DNA from: an uncultured Microthrixaceae bacterium
Lineage (GTDB): Bacteria; Actinomycetota; Acidimicrobiia; Acidimicrobiales; DATDAH01
Length of the DNA: 64,000 bases
Direction of reading: 5' to 3'
Assembly: GCA_963823495.1 (NCBI GenBank)
Contig: CAWGLV010000001.1
Span: 1,604,636-1,668,635, forward strand
Below the pieces are notes generated by a model. It worked only from the letters and a program-made list of their open reading frames with translations, was not told the origin of the DNA and did no database searches. Positions 56,691 to 64,000 of this stretch are shown here, in pieces (position 1 is the first letter of the stretch; every line of letters begins with the position of its first letter). The position numbers and the translations under genes are program-made.

Positions 56691-58253
56691 GTGCCCCGCG
56701 TCCTCGTCACCGAGAAGATCGCCGATTCCGGCCTCGATCGCCTCCGCGAGGCGGGCCATGAGGTCGATCTCCAGCTCGACGCCACTCCCGAGGCCCTGCC
56801 CGACCTGGTACGGGGCGCAGCCGCGCTGATCATCCGCTCCGCCACCCAGGTCACCGCCGAGGTCCTCGAGGCCGGAACCGATCTGGTCGTGGTGGGGCGG
56901 GCGGGCATCGGGCTGGACAACGTGGACACCGAGGCCGCCACCCGCCAGGGCGTCATGGTGGTCAACGCGCCGCAGTCCAACGTGCTGTCGGCGGCCGAGC
57001 ACACGATTGCCCTGCTGCTGGCCCAGGCCCGCAACATCCCCGCCGCTCATGCCGCGCTGGTCGAGGGGCGGTGGGAGCGGTCCGAATGGGAGGGCGTCGA
57101 GCTCTCGGACAAGACCCTCGGCATCGTCGGCCTCGGCCGCATCGGTCGGCTGGTGGCCCAGCGGGCGCTGGCCTTCGGCATGCGCCTCATCGGTCACGAC
57201 CCCTTCGTCACCCCTGACCGGGCCCGCCAGATGAGCGTCGAGGTCATGGGCCTCGACGAGGTCCTGGCCCATGCCGACTTCCTGACGCTGCACGTGGCCA
57301 AGACCCCCGACACATTGGGGATGATCGGCGTCGAGTCGCTCAAGAAGGTCAAGCCCGGCATCCGCATCATCAACGTGGCGCGGGGCGGCATCGTCGACGA
57401 GCAGGCTCTGGCCGACGCCGTCCTCGACGGCCGGGTGGCCGGTGCGGCCATCGACGTCTTCGCCGAGGAGCCCACGACGGCTTCTCCGCTGTTCGGCGTC
57501 CCAGGGGTGGTGGTGACCCCCCATCTGGGGGCCAGCACCGCGGAGGCCCAGGACAAGGCCGGCCAGACCATCGCCGAGCAGGTGGGGTTGGCTCTCGCCG
57601 GGGACTTCGTCCCGTTCGCCGTGAACGTCTCGGCGGCCGAGGCCTCCGAGACCGTGCGGCCGTTCCTTCCGCTGGCCGAGCGCCTCGGTGGGCTCTTCGC
57701 GGCCATGTTGCCGGAACTACCGGACGAACTGCGGGTCGAGTACCACGGCCAGCTCGCCGACTACGACACCCGCATCCTCACGCTCTCGGTCCAGAAGGGC
57801 TTCTTCGGTCGTCTGACCGATGAGCCCGTCTCCTACGTGAACGCGCCGGCCGTGGCCGATCTGAAGGGCCTCACGGTCACCGAGGCCAAGACCAGCACCA
57901 CCCAGGACTTCGTCAACCTCATCACGCTCCGGGGCGGGGACCACGCCATGGCCGGGACCCTCACCGGCCTCCAGGCCAAGCCCCGGATCGTGATGGTCGA
58001 CGACCATGCGGTGGACGTCCCCCCGGCCGACCACATGCTGGTCGTCCGCAACGACGACAGCCCGGGGGTCATCGGCCTGGTGGGCACCGTCCTCGGCGAG
58101 GCCGCGGTCAACATCGCCGACATGGATGTGGGCCAGTCGCCCGACGGCGTCGCCGCCCTGATGGTGCTGGCCGTGTCGACCGAGGTCCCCGACTCGGTCC
58201 AGGACGAACTGCGAGCCGACGCCCGCATCAAGGGCGTCCGCAGCCTGGGCTGA
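56691..58253 (+). CDS. serA: D-3-phosphoglycerate dehydrogenase
   Basis: VLVTEKIADSGLDRL, GIVGLGRIGRLVA NAD motif, C-terminal ACT domain. Start set to GTG 56691. Confidence 0.9.
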   Translation: MPRVLVTEKIADSGLDRLREAGHEVDLQLDATPEALPDLVRGAAALIIRSATQVTAEVLEAGTDLVVVGRAGIGLDNVDTEAATRQGVMVVNAPQSNVLSAAEHTIALLLAQARNIPAAHAALVEGRWERSEWEGVELSDKTLGIVGLGRIGRLVAQRALAFGMRLIGHDPFVTPDRARQMSVEVMGLDEVLAHADFLTLHVAKTPDTLGMIGVESLKKVKPGIRIINVARGGIVDEQALADAVLDGRVAGAAIDVFAEEPTTASPLFGVPGVVVTPHLGASTAEAQDKAGQTIAEQVGLALAGDFVPFAVNVSAAEASETVRPFLPLAERLGGLFAAMLPELPDELRVEYHGQLADYDTRILTLSVQKGFFGRLTDEPVSYVNAPAVADLKGLTVTEAKTSTTQDFVNLITLRGGDHAMAGTLTGLQAKPRIVMVDDHAVDVPPADHMLVVRNDDSPGVIGLVGTVLGEAAVNIADMDVGQSPDGVAALMVLAVSTEVPDSVQDELRADARIKGVRSLG

Positions 58254-58353
58254 GTCCCTCCTCGCCGCCGGTGCGGCTCCTGCCGGCTACGCCGGCTGTC
58301 GGCGACGGGTTGGGTAGTGCTGCTCCGCTCCGACTCCGCCGCCTGGGTTGAGC

Positions 58354-58701
58354 TCAGCGCAGGGACTGGCGGTGGCCGTCGGCCTCGGCGGCCTCGGGCG
58401 TGGCGTAGCAGCGGTCGGGCACCGTGCGCTCGTAGAGCACGCCGTCGGGGACGTGGAAGATGCCGCTCTTGCGCTTGAGCTTCACCGGGTAGCCCTCCGG
58501 GCAGCCGCCATCCGCGGTCGGTTCGGCCCAGGCCGGGTCAGCCGCCGCCGTGGGTGCGGGAACCGACGGGGCGGACTTCGGGGCCACGGGGGTCGGGGGC
58601 GCGGTCGGCGAGGCGGAGGGGGGAGCGGGTCGCCGGCGCAGGATGGCGATCACCGCCGCAACCACTGCCGCGAACGTCACGAGCATCACCAGGCGCTTCA
58701 T
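58354..58701 (-). CDS. Membrane-anchored sunset-domain-like protein
   Basis: MKRLVMLVTFAAVVAAVIAIL TM, a Pro/Ala linker, then VKLKRKSGIFHVPDGVLYERTVPDRCYATPEAAEADGHRQS (the IYHxPG...Y..T...CF.T..EA.AAGYR pattern from memory). This is the C-terminal part of ORF 58354..59889. Confidence 0.65.
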   Translation of the reverse strand: MKRLVMLVTFAAVVAAVIAILRRRPAPPSASPTAPPTPVAPKSAPSVPAPTAAADPAWAEPTADGGCPEGYPVKLKRKSGIFHVPDGVLYERTVPDRCYATPEAAEADGHRQSLR

Positions 58702-58708
58702 GTCCGGC

Positions 58709-58714
58709 AACCTA
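58709..58714 (-). promoter_or_regulatory. -10-like hexamer TAGGTT (minus strand), leaderless geometry
   Basis: 7 nt upstream of ATG 58701. Confidence 0.45.
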
Positions 58715-58793
58715 CCCAGGCCGGGTCCGAGAATCCTGTTTCGGGTGGGCCGGGCCGCGGCGGAGCGCGGGTGGGGCCAACCCGGACGTGGGA

Positions 58794-61370
58794 TCAGGAG
58801 GTGCGTCGGGCGAGGAGGCGGAGCATCTCGCGGGCGACCATCGGGCCGGCGTTCTGGTTCTGGCCGGTGACGAGATCGCCGTCGACCACCCAGTGGTTGG
58901 CGAACGGGTCCCGGAAACGGGTGGCCGACTCGAACCGGGCGCCGGCCCGGCGCAGCTCGGTCTCGGGGTGGAACGGCGTCCCTTCGATTCCCAGTTCGTG
59001 GACCTGCTTGTCGGTGACCCCGCTCACCCGGCGGCCCTCGACCAGGGGCCGCCCGTCGGGTGCCGTGGCCCGGCACAGGCCGAGGGGGCCGTGGCAGACC
59101 CCGCCCAGCACGGCCCCGGTGGTCGCCGCCTCGGTGACCTTGTCCGCCAGCACGTCGGAGGTGGCGAAGTCGAACGCTGCTCCCCAACCCCCGGCGAGGA
59201 AGACGATGTCGTAGTCGCTCATGTCGAGCTCGCCGATCGGACAGGAGTCGGTGACCTTGGCCCGCAACACCGCGTCGCCCAGGAAGCGATCGTCCTCCGG
59301 GGAACGGAGCACGGGTTTGAGTGACATCGGGTCGACGGGGATCACGCCGCCGGCCGGGCTGGCCAGGTCGACCTGCAGGCCGGCGTCGAGGAACAGGTAG
59401 TACGGAACGGTCATCTCGGAGGCGAACACCCCGGTTGGCTTGCCCACGTCCAGGACGCCGTGGTTGGTCGCCACCACCAGCGCCCGACGGCCGGGAAGGT
59501 CGAAGGTCGTGGCATCGGGGTCCTCGGGATGCATGCCCAGGCGCCGGAGCGCCCGGCGCAGCAACCGCGCCGGCCGGGGCGGGATCACGGGCTCGACGCG
59601 GGGGTTCGACCGGCGGGCCGCATACGGCCAGGGGGCGTTCCGCTCGGGGACGTCGGTGGCTCGCTGCTCCTCCAGACGGTGCCGGAGGAGGGAGAACACC
59701 TCGGCCGCGTCGGGATCGTCGAACCGGTTGACCGCTTCTCCGGGGTCGCGGTCGAGGTCGTAGAGCTCCCACTGGTCCGGCAGGGGATCGGTCCGGTAGG
59801 TGGGGCCGCCGAGACCTTCCGCCGCCCGGTGCCGGACCTCGGGCTCGGTCCAGGTGGCGGGGTCGTCGAAGGTCCGCACGAGCTTCCAACGGTGGCCGCC
59901 GCCCCCGGTGGCGGCCGTCTCGGCCACGCGACCGACGATCGCCTCGAAGTTGGCGGCGACGTGGGCCGGGACCTGGATGCGCAGGGGTGCGGGTGGATGG
60001 GCCGTGCGGTGGAGTCGCCGGGCCACCCCCGAGGCTCCGCTGTCGCCCTCCAGCATGTTGTCGCGGGTCATCAGGTAGACGGTGCGGTCCGGGTCCGGCG
60101 CCGCGCCGTCGACCACCGGCAACAGGTCGGTGCCCGGGAGGGGGTGGACCTCGCTGAAGTCGGTCGCGAGCTCGACGGCGACCGTCACGGGGTCGAGGCC
60201 GGCGGCAGCCAGCACGGTCGGGACGAGGTCGACGTGGGAGGTCACCTCCTCGACCCGCCCCGCCGTTGTGGGCCGGCTACCGACCCGGGCGACGGTGAAG
60301 GGGACGCGTGTGGCCTCGTCGTACAGGTTGAACCACTTCTGGTGCAGCCCGCCGTGGGCCCCCAGGAGCTCACCGTGGTCGGAGGTCCGCACCAGGACCG
60401 CGTCCCCCGTGGTGCCCTCGGTCACGGCCTGCCGCACCCGGTCGACGGCGCCGTCGACCTCGGCGTGCAGCCGGTGGTACAGGTCCCGGTAGGCCTGGGC
60501 ATTCCGGGAGTAGGCGCGGGCGACGACCGCGGGTGGTCCGTAGCCGGAGGGGTAGGCGGCCCGGTAGGCGATCTGGGCCGCGGGCTTGGCGGCGAGGTCC
60601 TCGTGCTCGGTCGGGGCCTCGGGGACCGGCGGGGGGTCGAGGGGCGAGGGCAGGTCGCCCAACGGCTTGGTCCGCACCCACAGCGGGAAGAGCACGATGT
60701 CGTGGGGGTTGACGAAGCTGGCCACCAGGCAGAACGGCACCAGGGCATCGGCGTCACCGGCCCTTCGTCGGGCGTACCGGTCCTCCAACCAGGCCACGAT
60801 GCGCTCGGCGATGAGGGGGTCACGCACGAGCCCACTGTTGGCCATCGACGGGCCGTGGGGCTCGGGTCCGACCCAACCGGAGAACCCGTAGGGGCCGAGG
60901 GGGTCCGCGTCGAGGTAGGCCCGGACCGCGGCCGGGTCGACGGTGCCGTCATCGCGGTTGGTGACCAGGGCCTTGCCGGTGGCGGGATCGGTGAGGTCGG
61001 CGTGGCTGATGTGCCACTTGCCGTCGTAGTGGGTGTCATAACCCCCGGCCCGCAGCCAGTTGCCCAGCGTGGGCACCTCGCCCGGCGGCAGCCAGCGCAT
61101 CCGGGAGTCGTCGGCCATCTTGCCCAGGCCGTCGGTCTGGGTCACCCCGTGCAGGTCGGGGTACTGGCCGGTGAACAGGGTCGGGCGGCTCGGCACGCAG
61201 GCCAGCGAGCCGGTGTAGTGGCGGGCGAAGGTCACGCCGTTCTCGACGAACCAACGTTCCCCGGCGAGGGTCTCCCGTCGCCAGGCGGCGACGGCGGGAT
61301 CCTCATAGGGCGGGGCGGCCCGCTCTTGGTCGGAGAGGATGATGACGATGTCGGGTCGACGGTCGGTCAT
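58794..61370 (-). CDS. Fusion protein: Cys-type sulfatase domain + DJ-1/PfpI (class I glutamine amidotransferase-like) domain
   Basis: N-terminus IVIILSDQ...ACVPSRPTLFTGQ (CxPxR sulfatase motif), TSDHGE. C-terminal ~260 aa LVVATNHG..., IVFLAGGWGA, GGVCHGP nucleophile elbow. Confidence 0.8.
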   Translation of the reverse strand: MTDRRPDIVIILSDQERAAPPYEDPAVAAWRRETLAGERWFVENGVTFARHYTGSLACVPSRPTLFTGQYPDLHGVTQTDGLGKMADDSRMRWLPPGEVPTLGNWLRAGGYDTHYDGKWHISHADLTDPATGKALVTNRDDGTVDPAAVRAYLDADPLGPYGFSGWVGPEPHGPSMANSGLVRDPLIAERIVAWLEDRYARRRAGDADALVPFCLVASFVNPHDIVLFPLWVRTKPLGDLPSPLDPPPVPEAPTEHEDLAAKPAAQIAYRAAYPSGYGPPAVVARAYSRNAQAYRDLYHRLHAEVDGAVDRVRQAVTEGTTGDAVLVRTSDHGELLGAHGGLHQKWFNLYDEATRVPFTVARVGSRPTTAGRVEEVTSHVDLVPTVLAAAGLDPVTVAVELATDFSEVHPLPGTDLLPVVDGAAPDPDRTVYLMTRDNMLEGDSGASGVARRLHRTAHPPAPLRIQVPAHVAANFEAIVGRVAETAATGGGGHRWKLVRTFDDPATWTEPEVRHRAAEGLGGPTYRTDPLPDQWELYDLDRDPGEAVNRFDDPDAAEVFSLLRHRLEEQRATDVPERNAPWPYAARRSNPRVEPVIPPRPARLLRRALRRLGMHPEDPDATTFDLPGRRALVVATNHGVLDVGKPTGVFASEMTVPYYLFLDAGLQVDLASPAGGVIPVDPMSLKPVLRSPEDDRFLGDAVLRAKVTDSCPIGELDMSDYDIVFLAGGWGAAFDFATSDVLADKVTEAATTGAVLGGVCHGPLGLCRATAPDGRPLVEGRRVSGVTDKQVHELGIEGTPFHPETELRRAGARFESATRFRDPFANHWVVDGDLVTGQNQNAGPMVAREMLRLLARRTS

Positions 61371-61816
61371 GGCCGTCCTTCCCGAAGGTGGCGGGCGAGG
61401 CCGGCGAGCATGCCGTCGGAGGCCATGGCCAGGCGGCGGGCGAGGAGGGGCGCGACCACGCGGCCCGGTGGCTTGGGTCCGGGGTCCACGGTGCTGGTCA
61501 GGGTGACGGCGGTCCGGTCACCGGACGCGAGGAGGGTCCATCGGTTGGTGGCCCCGCCCACGACCGGGGGTAGGCCCTCGAGGGCGTAGGTCAGCGCGCT
61601 CGGCGGGTCCCATTCGGTCACCCGCTCGACGAGGACGGTGCGTCCCGTCTGCACCCGTCGGGCCGTGCCGACGCCGTCGGTCTGGTCGGTCACGTAGCAC
61701 GAGTGCTCGACGTCGTCGGCCCAGGCGCTGAGGCGGTCGAAGGCGGCCAAGGCGCTCCACACCTGGTCCGGCGACGCGGCCACGGTGATCGAGCGCTCCA
61801 CGGCGGCGGCTCCCAT
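61367..61816 (-). CDS. SRPBCC family protein
   Basis: VERSITVAASPDQVWSALAAFDRLSAWAD. 149 aa. ATGA overlap with the downstream sulfatase fusion gene. Confidence 0.7.
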   Translation of the reverse strand: MGAAAVERSITVAASPDQVWSALAAFDRLSAWADDVEHSCYVTDQTDGVGTARRVQTGRTVLVERVTEWDPPSALTYALEGLPPVVGGATNRWTLLASGDRTAVTLTSTVDPGPKPPGRVVAPLLARRLAMASDGMLAGLARHLREGRP

Positions 61817-61872
61817 GACGCATGTCTAGCAGCCGTCCCCAAAGTGGCAGTAGGAGTGTCAGTAGTTGAGGG

Positions 61873-61901
61873 TTGACGTTTCGGCGATCGAGGGCGACAC
61901 T
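61873..61901 (+). promoter_or_regulatory. Candidate promoter of the leuA leader: TTGACG -17 nt- GACACT
   Basis: The -35 is a near-consensus hexamer. The -10 keeps A2 and T6. It ends 7 nt before ATG 61909, the leaderless geometry. Confidence 0.45.
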
Positions 61902-61908
61902 GCCCGGG

Positions 61909-61950
61909 ATGCGTTTCGACCGTCGCGCCCTGGACCTCCTTCTTACGTAA
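61909..61950 (+). CDS. leuA leader peptide MRFDRRALDLLLT (13 aa)
   Basis: 4 of the last 6 sense codons are Leu (CTG, CTC, CTT, CTT). The TAA is immediately followed by a 9-bp hairpin. Confidence 0.55.
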   Translation: MRFDRRALDLLLT

Positions 61951-62021
61951 GGCGAGCACCCCCATATCGGTGCTCGCCTCGCCTCCTGAACCCGGAAGGG
62001 TCAGGGGGCTTTTTCGTTTTC
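61951..62021 (+). promoter_or_regulatory. leuA transcription attenuator (anti-terminator/terminator hairpins + U-tract)
   Basis: GGCGAGCAC/GTGCTCGCC (61951-61978). CCTCCTGA(A)CCC-GGAA-GGGTCAGGGGG (61982-62008), then CTTTTTCGTTTTC. Confidence 0.6.
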
Positions 62022-62076
62022 GAGCCCGGGTCGCACGATCGACTCCATCCCCCCGATCCCCAGAAAGGCCACCTCA

Positions 62077-63630
62077 ATGCAGGACAGCAAGCGAGTCGTC
62101 ATCTTCGACACGACGCTGCGGGACGGCGAGCAGTCGCCGGGCATCTCGCTGGACGTCGGTGAGAAGCTGGAGATCGCGGACCAGCTCGCCCGCCTGGGGG
62201 TCGACTACCTCGAAGCCGGTTTCCCGGTGGCCAGCCAGGGAGACTTCGAGGCCGTCGAGGCCATCGCCAAGGCCGTCCGCGGCCCGGTCGTGACCGGTCT
62301 GTCCCGGACGGCGCTGAAGGACGTGGACCGCTGCTGGGAGGCGGTGCAGCACGCGGAGAAGGCCCGCATCCACGTGTTCATCGCCACCTCCGAGAACCAC
62401 ATGCAGAACAAGCTGAAGATGACCCCGGAGCAGGTCAGGACCGAGGCCGGCTCGGCCGTACGCCACGCCCGGGGCTACACCGACGACGTCGAGTTCTCGC
62501 CCGAGGACGCTTCCCGGTCCGACTTCGAGTTCATGTGCGAGGTGCTGCAGATCGCGGTGGACAACGGGGCCGGGACGCTGAACATCCCCGACACCGTGGG
62601 CTTCTCCATCCCCCAGGAGTTCGGCCGGCGCATCGCCGACATCCGCGAGCGGGTCTCGGGGGACTACGTGATCTCCGCCCACTGCCACGACGACCTGGGT
62701 ATGGCGGTGGCCAACTCGCTGGCTGCGGTCGAGGCCGGCGCCCGCCAGGTCGAGGTCGCGATGAACGGCATCGGGGAGCGGGCGGGCAACGCCGCCCTCG
62801 AGGAGATCGTCATGGCCTTGCGCACCCGGTCGGAGTACTTCGGCGGTCTGGACACCAACGTCCGGGCCGAGGAGCTGGCCCGGACCAGCCGCCTGGTCAG
62901 CCGCCTCACCGGGTACCCCGTCCAGTACAACAAGGCCGTCGTCGGCCGGAACGCCTTCGCCCACGAGGCCGGCATCCACCAGCACGGGATGCTGGAGGAC
63001 CGCACCACCTACGAGATCATGGACCCGAACGCCGTGGGTCAGGACACCTCGCTGGTCCTGGGCAAGCACTCGGGGCGTCACGCCTTCAGCGACGCGCTGG
63101 CCAAGATGGGCCTGACGGTGCAGGGAGATGCCCTGAACCAGGCCTTCACCCGCTTCAAGGAGCTGGCCGACCGCAAGGTGGAGATCACCGACGCCGACCT
63201 GGAGGCCATCGTCGCCGCCGAGCTCAACGTGGCCGCCGGCGATGCCTTCGAGCTGTCCAGCATCGAGTTCCACGGCAGCAACGTCGGTCCGGCCACCGCC
63301 CGGGTGGTCCTCGTGCGCACCGACGGCGGCGAGGAGGTCGAGGCCGCCGGCGAGGGGGACGGGATGATCGACGCCGCGGGCCAGGCGATCCGGGCCGCCA
63401 CCGGGGTCGAGGGCCGGCAGACCGACTTCAACGTGTCCTCGGTGACCGGTGGGGTCGACGCCCTGGGTGACGTGGTCATCCAGTTCGAGTCCGAGGGCAC
63501 GAAGGTGTCCGGCCGAGGCGTGTCCACCGACGTCGTCGAGGCCTCCGCCCGGGCGTTCCTCAACGCCGTCAACAAGGTGATCCGCATCCGCGACCGCGCC
63601 GAGGTCCGGGACATCGAGACCGGGCCGTGA
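62077..63630 (+). CDS. leuA: 2-isopropylmalate synthase
   Basis: VIFDTTLRDGEQSPG, HCHDDLGMAVANS, NGIGERAGNA, C-terminal LeuA dimerisation/regulatory domain. 517 aa. Confidence 0.9.
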   Translation: MQDSKRVVIFDTTLRDGEQSPGISLDVGEKLEIADQLARLGVDYLEAGFPVASQGDFEAVEAIAKAVRGPVVTGLSRTALKDVDRCWEAVQHAEKARIHVFIATSENHMQNKLKMTPEQVRTEAGSAVRHARGYTDDVEFSPEDASRSDFEFMCEVLQIAVDNGAGTLNIPDTVGFSIPQEFGRRIADIRERVSGDYVISAHCHDDLGMAVANSLAAVEAGARQVEVAMNGIGERAGNAALEEIVMALRTRSEYFGGLDTNVRAEELARTSRLVSRLTGYPVQYNKAVVGRNAFAHEAGIHQHGMLEDRTTYEIMDPNAVGQDTSLVLGKHSGRHAFSDALAKMGLTVQGDALNQAFTRFKELADRKVEITDADLEAIVAAELNVAAGDAFELSSIEFHGSNVGPATARVVLVRTDGGEEVEAAGEGDGMIDAAGQAIRAATGVEGRQTDFNVSSVTGGVDALGDVVIQFESEGTKVSGRGVSTDVVEASARAFLNAVNKVIRIRDRAEVRDIETGP

Positions 63631-63637
63631 CGGTCTA

Positions 63638-63730
63638 CATCTGACTGGCTTCGCTGCGCTCGGCAAGTCCGGCGTCGCCGTCGTGGAGCGTCGTCGGTGG
63701 CTGCTTCGCGGCGACTCCGCAGCCTGACGG
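63638..63730 (+). repeat. 3'-UTR repeat element (copy of inverted 25329-25374; its distal part resembles 58315-58348)
   Basis: CATCTGACTGGCTTCGCTGCGCTCGGCAAGTCCGGCGTCGCCGTCG starts 7 nt after the leuA stop. Confidence 0.75.
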
Positions 63731-63773
63731 CCGGCGGTGGGTGGTCAGCCACTGTCGGCCGGGTCCGGCGGGA

Positions 63774-63893
63774 CCGGCATCTGGCGTTGGCACTGGTCCT
63801 GGAGCGACCGGAAGGAACGCGATGTCGGCTGGGCCGGGCAGGGCCGGGATCTGGCGTTGGTCTTGGTCATAGAGCGACCGGAAGGAACGCAAT
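63774..63893 (+). repeat. Two ~50-nt direct repeats spaced 70 nt (TCTGGCGTTGG...GAGCGACCGGAAGGAACGC)
   Basis: 63774-63823 and 63844-63893 are about 85% identical by eye. They share TCTGGCGT.GGT..TGGTCAT with the ilvC terminator at 45848. Confidence 0.8.
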
Positions 63894-64000
63894 TCGGGCG
63901 GCGGCGGCGCGCCGGGAGCTCGACTGCCCTCGACGGCGAGCGGCGCGACCCGACGCCCCCGTGGTTGCGTCGGTTGTCGTTCCTCGGGCAGGGGAGGCTC

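Noticed and set aside
58702-59889. N-terminal ~400 aa of ORF 58354..59889 (-)
   Set aside because: It overlaps the sulfatase::DJ-1 gene in another frame and is R/P/G-rich junk. Only the last 115 codons (TM plus sunset-like domain, own -10 box) are retained.
61866-62162. 98-aa ORF spanning the leuA leader region and the leuA start
   Set aside because: It is out of frame with leuA and crosses the terminator hairpin and U-tract. The 13-codon Leu-rich leader is the better reading.
63774-63893. CRISPR array
   Set aside because: There are only two imperfect ~50-nt repeats with a ~20-nt gap and no cas genes. The repeats are related to ordinary terminator hairpins elsewhere in the window. No other CRISPR-like periodicity was seen.

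Overview
64-kb, roughly 70% GC chromosomal segment with the gene content of a high-GC Actinomycetota core genome. Acidimicrobiia-like is my guess only. I count about 58 protein-coding genes and found no rRNA, tRNA, CRISPR array, transposase, integrase or recognisable defence island. Content is mainly central metabolism and translation: glpX, murA, NifU-like, MeaB-like GTPase, cysteine desulfurase plus mnmA, ligA, gatCAB, pyruvate:ferredoxin oxidoreductase plus a DHOD-like partner, ilvD, ilvBNC, serC, serA, leuA. Transporters, envelope enzymes, a PASTA Ser/Thr kinase and several unknowns are interspersed. I did not find a canonical novel multi-gene system. What annotation would likely miss: (1) two leader-peptide attenuators, [15 protein letters not shown] before ilvB and MRFDRRALDLLLT before leuA, each followed by alternative hairpins and a terminator; (2) a 1-nt insertion that breaks essential ligA, and three 1-nt insertions that put one PASTA repeat of the kinase out of frame and then restore it; (3) a perfect 76-bp tandem duplication over the 3' end of a hydrolase gene; (4) a DUF559 gene that looks like a discrete ~1-kb insertion bracketed by direct repeats inside a hairpin repeat; (5) several families of intergenic palindromic repeats, including a TTCTGGCG-type REP-like family and a ~46-nt 3'-UTR element; (6) -10 boxes 6-8 nt before start codons at many genes, implying leaderless transcripts; (7) unusual fusions and operons (SRPBCC, sulfatase::DJ-1, sunset-domain; acidic repeat protein, J-domain protein, hydrolase; Nfu_N plus a Cys/His-rich microprotein). 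All family calls come from motif reading and memory. No searches were run.
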